NCBI RefSeq assembly: GCF_006345805.1
Contig: NC_043006.1
Location: forward strand, 48,856,001 to 48,920,000
Direction: 5' to 3'
Length of the DNA: 64,000 nucleotides
DNA from: Octopus sinensis
Lineage: Eukaryota
Part shown: positions 1 through 12,469 of the stretch, one piece after another
Layout of the letters: each line of letters opens with the position of its first letter
How positions within the stretch are numbered: the first letter of the stretch is position 1
Program-made: the position numbers and the translations under genes
The notes under the pieces: generated by a model
The model's database searches: none
The model's input: only the letters and a program-made list of their open reading frames with translations
Told to the model about the DNA's origin: nothing

Positions 1-294
1 TGCAACCCTGTGAGTTCAGGTTCAGTTCCACAGCACCTTGGACAAGTGTGTTCTACTATAGCCCCAGACTAACTGATACCTTCTAAGTGAGTCTGGTAGA
101 TGGAGACTGTGTGGAAGCCTTATGTGTGCGTTTGTCATCCCAGCACTTCTTGACAAATGGTATTGGTTTGTTTATGCTCCTCTAACATAGCAGTTCAGCA
201 AAAGAGACCGATAGAATGAGTACAAGACTTAAGAAAATAAGTGCTGGGCTCATTTTGTTTGGTTAAAAGCTTTAGTGTAGTGCCCCAGTTATGG

Positions 295-625
295 TGAAGG
301 TGCATGGCTCAGTGGTTAAAGCATCAAGCTTGAGATTGTGAGTTCGAATCCCGGACCGGGCTGCATGTTGTGTTCTTGAGGAAGACATTATTTCACGTTG
401 CTCCAGTTCACTCGGCTGTAGAAATGAGTTGCAACGCCAAGCTGTATCGGCCTCTTTGCCTTTCCCGTGAATAACATCGGTGGCGTGAAGAGAGGGGAAG
501 CTGGTATGCATGGGCGACTGCTGGTCTTCCATAAGAAACAACCTTGTCCAGACTTGTGCCTTGGAGGGTAACTTTCTAGGTGCAAACCCATGGTCAGTCA
601 TGGCCGAGGAAGGGTCTCAGCATCA
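295..625 (+). mobile_element. tRNA-headed SINE family D; related pieces at about 35090-35560, 37480-37800(-), 39200-39530(-), 44805-45120, 63600-63750(-)
   Basis: Head ggtgcatggctcagtggttaa...gagttcgaatcc followed by the gtgttcttgag.aagacatt..tttcac.ttgctccagttcactc.gctg core. Confidence 0.8.
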
Positions 626-1120
626 GTGCCTCAATATGGCTGCAGTTCAATGAGTGGAACAAGTAAATAAAAGACAGTATCATTTGTGTGGTAAGTAGCT
701 TGCTTATCAACAACATGGTTCTAGATTCAGTCCCACTGTGTGGCACCTTGGGCAAGTGTCTTCTACTATAGCCTCGGGTTGACCAAAGCCTTTTGAGTGG
801 ATTTGGTAGATGAAAGCTGAAAAGAGCCCGTTGTATATATATATATATGTGTGTGTTTGTCCCCCCAACATCGCTTGACAACCTATGCTGGTGTGTTTAC
901 GTCCCCGTAACTTAGCGGTTCGGCAAAAGAAACCGATAGAATAAATACTAGGCTTACAAAGAATAAGTCCTGGGTTCGATTTCCTTGATTAAAGGTGGTG
1001 CTCCAGCATGGCTCAATCAAATGATTGAAACAAAAGAGAAAGAGAGAGTATGCATACGCATATATGAATGTATGGACGTACGTACGCATATATGAATGCA
1101 TGCAGGTATACATACATATT

Positions 1121-2560
1121 TCAAAGGGTGTTATACCTGCGGACTGGAGAACAGTGATAATCTGCCCAATTTTCAAGAAAGGGAGCCGCGAAGACCCGCT
1201 TAACTACCGACCGGTTTCCCTTACATCAATAATCAGCAAGATGTTCGAAACCATCCTTAAGAAAAGTATGAGGCTCCACCTCCAAAACACAGCCTCTATC
1301 TCTGATTCCCAACACGGCTTCGTGCCGAAGAGATCATGCTTGACCAACTTACTGGTAATGGAAGAATTGGTGACGCGCATCCTCGATGATAGTGATGCTG
1401 TTGACATCGTTTTATTGGACTTTGCCAAAGCTTTTGACTCGGTAAACCACCGCCTAGTACTTGTCAAGCTTCAAGCATATAGTTTCCAGCCGGATATTGT
1501 ACGATGGGTTGGTGCCTTCCTCTCAGGTCGCTCCTTCCAAGTCCAAGTTAATGGTTCGCGGTCCGACGTCTCCAGTGCGAGCAGTAGCGTGCCTCAAGGT
1601 TCAGTGCTTGGGCCCTTATTGTTCTTAGTCTTCATAAATGACTTGCCCGACGACCTCACGCAACACACCCTTCTATTTGCCGACGATGTCAAACTGGTTG
1701 CTCCTCGTGATGTTATAGAGGATCTTCGTCAATGCCTCCACCAAATTTGGAGGTGGTCTAACGAATGGGACCTGTGTCTGAACGTGTCAAAGTGCTGTCA
1801 TCTGCCTGTTGGCTCTCCTCCTGCAACTCGACTTGATTTCGAGCCGGATCGTCTGCTGCTGGAGAGGACCGATCAGGTAAAGGACCTGGGTATCTTGGTG
1901 GATTCATCCTTTTCGCCTTCGGCCCAGTGCGTCCATGCTGCCAACAAAGCATGCGGAATTCTGTTCTTGATTCGACGGTCATTCGGAATGCTCACAGCAG
2001 CCATATTCCTACCACTCTATGTCACGCTGGTGAGACCCATATTGGAGTACGGGATTCAAGCCTCTTCTCCTTATCTCCTCAAAGACATACAGCATCTCGA
2101 AAGAGTCCAGAAGCTGTCTACCCGCATGGTTCATGGCCTCAAAAATTTGTCTTATGAAGAAAGGCTGAGGACGCTCGACCTTTATTCTCTAGAAAAACGC
2201 CGCCGCCGTGGTGATCTCATTCTCGCTCACAACATCATAAGCGGAAGGTGTAACCTCTCGAAAGAGCTGTTCTTCACTCCTGCTCCAGAGCGACGGCTGT
2301 GGGGTCATTCCGAAAAGCTCTACCTGCGACGATTTCATCTCAATCGAAGGAGAGGAGCTTTCTCTGTCCGGATTGCGGATCCATGGAACAAGCTGCCAGA
2401 CGAGATGGTGAAGATGCCGACGACCGCTTTGTTCAAAGTCTCCCTTGACCTCAAGTGGCCTGAACTCTTTACATGAACACCACCCTGTACTTAACTCCAT
2501 GTCCTCCTACATGGCCTTGCTATTTGCTTTTGAGCCAAAAATTAACTAACTAACTAACTA
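1121..2560 (+). mobile_element. CR1-clade LINE, 5'-truncated, open RT frame to the stop at 2476, 3' UTR and (TAAC)n tail
   Basis: NYRPVSLTS, LDFAKAFDSV, VPQGSVLGP, FADDVKL, KDLGILVD, RRRGDLI motifs; UTR hairpin ccatgt/acatgg; tail taactaactaac. Confidence 0.95.
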
Positions 2561-3023
2561 CAATAGTGTCACCACGAAAATGTGTACAGCATGCAATGGA
2601 GAGCTGCATGGGATAAGCTTGATGCAAGGATGTGAGTCTACAGGTGTGATGATGATGTGAATTGAAGTTGTACTTTGATGCTCATGTGGTTTACAAAACA
2701 AATGTCAGTTACTCGTGGGTCTGCAGATTATGAATGAGGTGTTGAACACTAACGGAAATGGGCTTATAACAAAGAGGTGTGTTTTAATAGGAAAGGTGTT
2801 CATGCAATACATTTAATGGAAACAATGAGACGAAACAGCGAAATATGTCACGTAGGGAAAGTTTCTGTTAGCAACTCAACACGGGGCTAGTTCTTTTTTT
2901 TTTCTTTTTTTTTAATATACTAAGTAAATTTACAGGTGATGTGTCTTTGATAATCTGCGAATGAATATTCGACCCATGACACTCTGATTTGGCAAGAATG
3001 GAGAACATCATGAAAATGGAGAA

Positions 3024-3595
3024 GGTGGTGAACTGGCAGAAACGTTAGCACACTGGGCGAAATGCTTAGCAGTATTTCGTCTGCCACTACGTTCTGAGTT
3101 CAAATTCCGCCGAGATTGACTTTGCCTTTCATCCTTTCGGAGTCTATAAATTAAGCACCAGTTATGTACTGGGATCGATGTAATCGACTTAATACCTATG
3201 TCTGTCTTTGTTTGTCTTCTCTGTGTTTAGCCGCTGGTGGGCAGTAAAGAAATAGGTATTTCGTCTGCCGCTACGTTCTGAGTTCAAATTCCGCCGAGCT
3301 TGACTTTGCCTTTCATCCTTTCGGGGTGGATAAATTAAGTACCAGTTACGTACTGCGATCGATGTAATCGACTTAATCCGTTTGTCTGTCCTTGTTTGTT
3401 CCCTCTCTGTGTAGCCCCTTGTGGGCAGTAAAGAAATAGGTATTTCGTCTGCCACTACATTCTGAGTTCAAATTCCGCCGAGGTCGACTTTGCTTTTCAT
3501 CCTTTCGGGGTCAATAAATTAAGTACCAGTTACGTACTGGGGTCGATGTAATCGGCTTAATCCTTTTGTCTATCCTTGTGGACAATAAAGAAATA
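3024..3595 (+). mobile_element. SINE family B, three-unit concatemer flanked by an 11-bp TSD
   Basis: Units of about 184 bp start at 3071, 3256 and 3439; aaaatggagaa at 3013-3023 and 3596-3606. Confidence 0.85.
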
Positions 3596-4509
3596 AAAAT
3601 GGAGAACGTCATGACAGCTTGGATGTCTCGACAGCCTGTGAAATTAGCAACTAATTTGACTGCATTTATAGGCTGTGTTCACGGAAAGTTCTTGACGGAT
3701 CACCGAACCATCATTTGGACAACAGCCATTCATTGGATAAAATTCAGTTGTACACATGTTCAAACTATGACTGAATTGTGACTTGAGATTCGTCTGTGGC
3801 AAAACACGGGATCGAATCCAGTGTTATAGGCTACAGAAAGATAAACTCTTGACTACTAAACATCAATGCACGATGTATGGGTACCGGTATGTTAATGAAT
3901 AGACCCAGAGTTTCCTCTGTGCATCATTAAAATGACTAAAAGAGGTTGAGGTAGGTTCTGCACTCCGACCTCGCAAAACGCTCCTCGGCAACGACTTCCC
4001 AAAGAGACCTATAGGTTGGAGGGTTGTCGCTTGAGTGGTATAAAAAATGTCATCTGCCAGGGGTAGGGAATCACCAATGGACAGTGGATGCAGCGACGCG
4101 CTCTTACAGCGCCTTCTCCCATATTACTAATACTAGTATACTAATATCATTAACCACAGACTCAGATTCCAGAGTGGTCACACGGGTTCTATTTTTAGTT
4201 GGATGATGCTCTCGTTGTGTTTGACTAAATCCCCTAAAAAATCTTGAGTAGTTGAGGGTATTTCTACTGAAGCTCCGAGAGTATTTATGATTTGAGAAGA
4301 AACGTTTCTTAAGGGAGCATGAAGAATGTCAAAGCCCCTACATAATGATGTAGTCGCTGTTGCGTTGAACATATTATGTTTATCTTCCTGTTTTATTTGG
4401 GCTCGAGGTAGATGATATGTAATAGATTTTTATCCGTAGAGTATTCCTCGTTGAAGACTGCATTGTAATATTGGAATGCGTTGAGAAAAATCCATTACAA
4501 AGTCTTTGA

Positions 4510-5130
4510 CACCCTCATTGGATGATCTAGGACAGGTCGACTGCCAACCAGTGCAGCTAGTTCTAGCGAAGTTTGATCAAAAAATTTATGGAAATCAGAG
4601 ACGTGACTTCTCGCCAAGCTGGTATACTGGTCGTTTATGGTTAGAGTATTCTCTTGTTTTATTTTGCTTGTCGGCACTTTCATACTTCTGCTCAAGCTGA
4701 TAATTGTTTTATTAAAAATGGACATTCTAATTGGCATCATGCAAAAGAAAAAAAAAAACAAAGGTTTAAATAAGCACGCAAACTCTGCATCCCATATCCA
4801 AGCTATGGTAACATGGAAGGAACGCCAACAGCGTTTATCCACAACAACATCCGTGTCTTCAATCTTGCAAAATGATCAGTTATTATATCAGTTTCATTGT
4901 TCATTTTCTTTGTGCAAACGAATTGTCTTTTCGAGAAAGCGAAACTGAAGCTTTTCAGGATCTTTATTCGGAAGATGATACGTAGCCTTGTGGTCTTTTT
5001 ATGAAATTATTCCAGTATACATTAGAGAAAGACTCAAAGCTAATGGAACGTTACAGCATGATTCCAAAAAATGCGACCTACACCTCAGCAGCAATGCAAA
5101 ACGAAATCATCGAATTGTTGAGAAGACACT
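4510..5130 (+). pseudogene. fossil hAT transposase (ZMYM1-like; TTF-type zinc finger plus DUF4371 region)
   Basis: Three frames give QRRDFSPSWYTGRLWLEYS, GLNKHANSASHIQAMVTW, HFLCANELSFRE and IPKNATYTSAAMQNEIIELL; frameshifts and one stop. Confidence 0.8.
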
Positions 5131-5375
5131 GTCAGCCTCGTGGTCGATGTTTATTTGAAATTATTTTAAAATAATGTTTAAAGATTTGGCTGTTATCTCT
5201 AGCATGTAGAAAGACCTTTTAGGCTTAACTATGTGCTTGTTGAAAATCATTTAAAAAATATTGGAGTCGATGTATTCGGCTAAAAATTCTTCGAGGTGAT
5301 GCCCCAGCATGGCCTCAGTTTAATGATTGCAACAAGTAAAATGAAAATAAAAAGGAAATATATCAGAAGTTTTGA

Positions 5376-5534
5376 CCAGGTTAGGCATCTTGATGGCTTG
5401 ACACCATCAACAGTGATACCGGAATGGACATAGCCAATCTGAAAGAAGCGGCCCAGGATAGAACTGACTGGAGGACACTGATCCAACGAGTGACTGAGAG
5501 TTGACTTCGACTGAGCGGATAGATAGATAGATAG
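5376..5534 (+). mobile_element. BovB-like RTE 3' end with (GATA)n tail
   Basis: Translates WLDTINSDTGMDIANLKEAAQDRTDWRTLIQRVTES*LRLSG, paralleling the BovB C-terminus WLDGITDSMDMSL..L.E.V.DR..WRA.VH.V..SRTRLSD as recalled. Confidence 0.8.
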
Positions 5535-6109
5535 GCGTCAAAAAGAAGAAGAAAAAAAACGAAAAAGATATCTGAAAAATATAAGCATGGGGCTTTTGTC
5601 TACTTTCACACTTTATGTAGGAGCTTTTGTCCATACTCCTGTTCCGCACCTCCAGCTATCAATATAGCACCCCCAGTTGCTATCGGCTGGCTACGTGGCT
5701 GAGTTAGAGGGATCAATTATCCATTGGAAGCAGCCTCTAGTCTTAAAATATCGGTCGAGCAAACCATTAATAAGTTTTCAGTGATCAATTCACGTATTTT
5801 GAGCACTATAATATAATATGTTTAAAACTTGTCTTCCCGTGTTGTCTTCTTTTTATGCTGTTACTGAGTTAGATAATAGCAAGGGAGATAGTCCTTATTA
5901 GTATCGCTTTTTCTCCCGGAGTTCTCTCCCTTAAAACTTTTCTCTCAGCCATCACACATAACGAAAGTGATTCTGAACTAACAAGCTAGTCTTTATGAGG
6001 TCGATAGACCACTTGCTAGAAATATCAGCCAACCTCCCTCAAATCACCTTATAATTACAGTCTTAAACAAAGACGAGCCCTCTGGAATAATAATGATATA
6101 ATTGAAATG

Positions 6110-8011
6110 GCGCTGGCGTCTTGTGCCTCGCTACAGATTGTTTTTGATAGCATCCATGAAACTTTGTTGGGGTTCATAGCCCTTTGGCAGTACCCACGGC
6201 CCTTTGGTACAGCTCATGAACTTTTGGTAGCAGCCATGAACGTTTGATGAAGGTGATGACCTTTTTGATATTGTCCATGGCCCTTTTGTAATGCCCATGA
6301 ATATTTAGTAGAGCTTATTCGCCCCTTCGTAGTATGTTACCATTTGGTAGTGCCTGAAGCTCTTTGATAGAATCTACGGCACTATCTTAGTGAACATGAC
6401 CAATTTGTAGTGTTCATGACCCTGTAGTAGTGCCCATTAGCGTTTGGTCGTGTCCAGGACAATTTCGTAGAGCCAATAATCCTTTGGTGGTGCCCATTAC
6501 CCGTTCCTTGTGCATATGGCCCATTCGTAGTGCCATGACCATGCAGTGCTCATGACCACTGCATAGTACCCATGACCCTTTGGTAGCACCTATGACCGCT
6601 TTATTTTTCCTGTATCCCTTTAATATTGGGTTGTCCGGAAAGTTCGTGCCGATTTATAGTAGCTTACCTTTCGACTTATTTTAGAACATGGTTGAGTCCA
6701 TAAAATAGAATTTGACTACACCTCCATTTAGAGTACAGTTTAAGCTATCTTTTCGTGGAAGGAGGTTTATGTTCCTATAACCTGTGTTAATTTTGTAACC
6801 CTTTTAAATGGAAGATAAGAAAGTTCATTTTCGGCACTTGATGCTTTGGGAACCAGACAAAAATTGCTGCAGCTCAGCTGGGATGTATTACCCCACCCTC
6901 CATATTCACCAGATATTGCTCCTTCGGATTTCCACTTATTCAGGTCTCTGCAGAATAGTCTTAATGGTAAAAATTTCAATTCCTTAGATGACGTAAAAAG
7001 ATTCCTTGATGAATTAATTATTTGTTATGAAACCACCTCAATTCTGGGAAGATGGTATTTTCAAGTTAAAGATGGAGACGCATTATGCAACAAAATGGCT
7101 CATGTTTGGTTGATTAAAAATTTAATGTCAAGTACTTATTGACCTTTTTCTTTCCTTTAAAAGTCGGCACAAACTTTCCAGACAACCCAATAGTAGCTAT
7201 GACGTTTTGGTAGTGTCCACGACCGTTTCGAAATGCCCATAAATCTTTGGCACTGCTCATGACACTGGTGGGACCCATGAAACTTTAGTTGGTCCTATGA
7301 CAACTTGATATTGTCCAATGCCCTTTGGTAGTACCCATGATCCTTTGACAGTACTCATGACCCATTCATTGTACCGACCGTTGTTTGGTAGTGTCCATAA
7401 CTCTTTTTCTAGTATCCATAACACTGTACTAGTACCTATGACCGTTAGGTAGAGCCCAAGCCCCATTAGTAGTGCACGTGGAGTAGTTACTACGATACAA
7501 TTATCGTTCCTATAGTCTTTTGGCAGTGTCCATGGCAATCAGGTGGTGCCAATGGTCCCTTGGTAGTATCTATGTTTCTTTGGTAATGCACACGACTCCT
7601 TTTGTAGTGGCCATTGCCATTTAGTAGTTCCCATGACTCTCTGATAGAGCCCATGTCCCTTTGGTTATGTCCATAACTCTTTGGGATTAACTGTGACACT
7701 TTGGCAGTGACCATGGCCCTTTGACAGTACCCACGATACGTTGGTAGTGCACATGGCTGTTTTATTTTCCCTGTGCCTCTTTAGTAGTGGCCATGACTGG
7801 TTGTCCAAAGCCCTTTGGTGAGGCCTATCACCCTTTGGCAGTGTTTATAGCCCTGATGTATCTTTTGGTGGGACCCATGGCACTTTAGTTGGTCCTATGA
7901 CTGTCAAAGGGCCATGGTCACTGCCAAAGTGTCACAGGTAATCCTAAAGAGTTATGGACATCACCAAAGGGACATGGGCTCTATCAGAGAGTCATGGGAA
8001 CTACTAAATGG
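6110..8011. repeat. degenerate minisatellite of about 20-22 bp (ccatgaccctttggtagtgc-like), interrupted by the mariner and ending in an inverted duplication
   Basis: Recurring ccatga/tttggtagt motifs; 7901-8011 is the reverse complement of 7617-7727. Confidence 0.85.
6626..7190 (+). mobile_element. internally deleted mariner (MITE-like) with TIRs and TA TSD
   Basis: TIR ttgggttgtccggaaagttcgtgccga with its near complement at the right end, TA on both sides. MEDKKVHFRHLMLW is fused to TRQKLLQLSWDVLPHPPYSPDIAPSDFHLF (YSPD(L/I)APSD motif). Confidence 0.93.
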
Positions 8012-9294
8012 GAGAAGGCAATTCCCATGTCCCTTTACAGAGCCTCGAAAACTGGTGGGAGGGTGAGAGGAAGGTAACCTCAAATCATAGACCTGGCCTA
8101 AATGCCAGGCCATTGGGTGGCATTAAATCAGGTGATTTATTAAGTCTACTACTCAAGTAGATCATGACAGGATTTGAACTCAGAATGGCAGAATGAATGC
8201 TCCAAGGTATCTGGTCCAACATTGTTATAGTTCTGCCAACTCACCACTCTGGACTAGTACGTTTTTTTTTTTGTTGACCCTGAAAGAATTAAATGTAAAG
8301 CTGACCTCAGTGAGATTTGAACTCAGACAGCAAAGAGTCAAAGGAAATACCACTGAGCAACACTCTAACAACACCACCTGTTTGCCATCTCGAGGTAAGA
8401 GAGAAATAGCAGCCAAATATATCTCATATCACAGTCTACTCTCTTAAAAAGAAAGAAAGATATATTAAGATATATGGCCACAGTCTAATGGCTGAAACTA
8501 GTAAAATATCATCCTCATCATTCTCAACATCATCATTTAATGTCTGTTTTCCATGCTGGCATGGGTTGGATGGTTTGAGAGGATCTGATGAACTCAAGGA
8601 CTGCACCTAGCTACAGTGTCTGCTTTGGCACAGTTTCTATGGTTGGATGTCATACCAAATGCCACCCACTTCACAGCATGTATTGGGTGATTTTTTTTTC
8701 AGGCCAGAATTACTAGTGAGGATGTCATGCAGTTTTCAAGACTATAAGCCCCAAGGAGGTAACTTTATGCTAGGAGGTGAGGTATAAAATGAATGAGAAA
8801 AGGGACCACTGCAGAACATATATACTGTAAGCACAAGGCCTGAGATTTGGGGGGAGGGGACCAGTTGATTAGAACAACTCCAGTACATAACTAGTACTTA
8901 ATTTATTGACACCCAAAAGGACGAAAGGCAAAGTTGGCCTCAGTGGAATTTGAACACAGAATGTAAAGACAGATGAAATACTGTTAAGCATTTCACCTGG
9001 AGTGCAAACATTTCTGCCAGCTCACTACCTTGTATACTCTTTTACTTGTTTCAGTCATTTGACTGCAGCCATGCTGGAGCACTGCCTTTAGTCGAGCAAA
9101 TCGATCCGGGACTTATTCTTTGTAAGCCAGTACTTATTCTATCGGTCTCTTTTGCCGAACTGCTAAGTGACCGGGACGTAAACACACCAGCATCAGTTGT
9201 CAAGCAATGCTAGGGGGACAAACACACACACATACACACACATATATATATATATATATATATGCTAAACGATGATGATGATGATGATATATAT

Positions 9295-9334
<40 letters not shown>

Positions 9335-10202
9335 GTATATACAACAGGCTTCTTTCAGTTTCCGTCTACCAAATCCACTCACAAGGCATTGGTCGGCCCG
9401 GGGCTATAGCAGAAGACACTTGACCAAGATGCTACGCAGTGGGACTGAACCTGGAACCATGTATGTATGTATATTGTTTTTGCTGGGAGGAGAACAGTTG
9501 ATTAGATTGACCCCAGAATACAGCTTGTACATAATTTATCAACCCCGAAAGGATGAAAGGCAAACTCGACCTTGGTGGAATTTGAACTCAGAACGTAAAG
9601 ACAGACAAAATACTGTTAAGCATTTCACCCAGCTCATCACCTTGTATGTATGTATATTATGAAAGAATGAGGCTAAGTGGTGTTGCACTCACAATTGCTA
9701 GATTGTGGAACCGATTCTCAGACAACACATTGTGTTCTGGAGCAGAACACTTCATTTCATGTTGCTCTGCAATCATTTGAACACCGTTTTCCATGCTGGC
9801 ATGGGTTGGACGGTTTTACTGGAGCTGACAGACTCCATGTCTGTTTTTGCATGGTTTCTATGGTTGGATGCCCTTCCTAATGCCAACCACTTTACAGAGT
9901 GTACTGCCATATATATATATATATATAAGTTCACTTAAAGGTTAAAAACCTCATTAAGGGATAATAAAATCCAATGAATATACTGGTTTATTACCTATTA
10001 CAAAAAGTATTGAATATTAACATCTAATATTTAAACTGTAAGGTAATTGGATAATAATGAAAATGGAATGGTACATTTTTTTCCACCTCCAATGACATTC
10101 AACTTTAAAATGTTTTTAATTATACTAATTAATTTCTAATGTCTTGAATCGAAATCCAATTTTGTAATTAATAAATAATTATTAATTTAATTATCTTTAT
10201 TT

Positions 10203-10249
<47 letters not shown>

Positions 10250-10805
10250 CATACATTGTTTGTTTGCTTTGGGGTTTTATATTAAACTGAAGGATTACTC
10301 AGTTCTTTTTGTAGAATACATATTTATTTAATTTTTACAAGAATAGTGTTGACAGTGACATTGAAGTTTGAGCCTGCTTAGCTTTCGTCTGATGAAGGTT
10401 AAGCCGGCTGGAAGTTCAAAGCAACTGTAGCACTATTCTTGTTAAAGATTATATATATATATATATATATATATAACCATGACCGACCAGACTATCAGAT
10501 GTTGCTACACATTGCTGGTCACAATGTACTTCGCATTGTTTTAGCCTTCAAATGACACCACCCCGCTGGCTAAGTGAGCAGGCCAACAGAAGGAAGAGTG
10601 AGAGAAAGTTGTGGCGAAAGGGTACAGCAGGGACCGCCACCACCCCCTGCCAGAGCCTCATGGAGCTTTAGGTGTTTTCACTCAATAAACACTCACAACG
10701 CCCGGTCTGGGAATCGAAACCGCAATCCTACGACCGCGAGTCCGCTGCCCTAACCACTGGGCCATTGCGCATCCATACATATATATATATATATATATAT
10801 AATAA

Positions 10806-11612
10806 TCATCATCATCATCGTTTAACATCCGCTTTCCATGCTAGCATGGGTTGGATGATTTAACTGAGGACTGGCGAACAGATGGCTGCACCAGGCTCCA
10901 ATCTGATCTTCCAGAGTTTCTACAGCTGGATGCCCTTCCTAACTCCAACCACTCTGAGAGTGTAGTGGGTGCTTTTACGTGCCACCGGCACAAGGGCCAG
11001 TCAGATGGTACTGGCAACAGCCACACTCAAAAGGTGTTTTTTATGTGCCACCTGCACAGGAGCCAGTCCAGCGGCACTGGCAATGACCTCACTCGAATGT
11101 TTTTTCACATGCTATCAGCACAAGTGCCAGTAGGGCAGCGCTGATAACAATCACGCTCAAATGGTGCTTTTTACGTGCCACCAGCATGGAAGCCAGTCAG
11201 CTGCTCTGGCAACGATAACACTCGGATGGTGCTCTTAGTGGACACGAGTCAACAAATTTGATTTCGATTTCACTTGCCTCAACAGGTCTTCACAAGCAGA
11301 GTTTAGTGTCCAAAGAAGTAAAGGTACGCATAAGTGGGCTGGTTACACCTCTGGCATAGGCCATTGGTTATGGTCTCACTTGGTTTGCTGGGTCTTCTCA
11401 AGCACAGCATATTTCCAAAGGTCTTGGTCACTAGTCATTTCCTCGGTGAGGCCTAATGTTCGATGGTCGTGCTTTACCACCTCATCCCAGGTCTTCCTGA
11501 GTCTACCTTTTCCACAGGTTCCCTCAACCTCTAGGGTATGGTGCTTTTTCACACAGCTATCCTCATCCATTCTCACCACATGACCATACCAGCGCAGTCA
11601 TCTCTCTTGCAC
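10806..11612 (-). mobile_element. 5'-truncated copy of the RTE LINE (ORF C-terminus plus full 3' UTR)
   Basis: ORF 11376-11579 matches the C-terminus of the 18978-20384 ORF and is followed by the same UTR and (ATG)n tail. Confidence 0.92.
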
Positions 11613-12469
11613 ATATATACATATACATACATATATGTATTTGTATATATATATATATATATGTATGTATCACATAATCAACCACGCTATCAGATGTTAT
11701 ACATCACTAGTCACAATGCACTTTACATCGTTTTAGCTTTCAAATGATGTCACCCTGCTGGCTAGGCAAGCAGGCCAACATTCCCTCTGATCAGAAGGCT
11801 ATTCCATCACAGGGTTACCTATTCACAGCCTAGTGGACTTGAGCAATGTGAGATGAAGTGTTTTGCTCAAGAACACAATGTCTGGGAATCAAATCCTTGA
11901 TCTAGCAATTGAAAGCAGAACACCCTAAATGCCTTCACACACACACACACACACTTGCACACAAGAATTCTATAATACATAAGCCTTCACAGAAATGTAG
12001 TATTTTAATCTTGTTATAATTTAAACTTTTGTTTAACACAATTCCATCACCATTATTACTCTTTCATGAAGAACCTACATTCCGATCTTTTTAATCAAAG
12101 AGTATATGTGGATTTCTTGTGGAGTTTTTTTTCTTTGTTTTTTCATCATAAAACAGTAAAAAGAAATTGTATTTGTATATATATATATATTCCAACATTT
12201 GTAGTGATATTTTTTTAAACAAAAAAACCTACTACAAATATCTTTATTTCAATATAACACTGATTAGAACCAAACATTGGAACCAGAAAGACATAAGGCT
12301 ACAAAGTGAAAGTTTTAGCAAGGTTTCTGGACATTCAGGAAAATGGTCTCTTCTTTTGCAGATCTCAAAACAAAATTCCTTTTTTTTTATATGTATATGT
12401 ATATATAATTTTTGGTTTCTTCTATCTACCATGTATTTAAAAAAAAAAAAAAAGTAATTGTTTTTTAAT

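Noticed and set aside
295-365. tRNA genes (also 46880-46948, 57709-57780, 63420-63495)
   Set aside because: A and B boxes are present, but the acceptor stems do not close and each continues into a repeated SINE body.
10385-10425. CTGATGAagg as a hammerhead core
   Set aside because: No GAAA after the putative stem II; better explained as the loop of the long hairpin.
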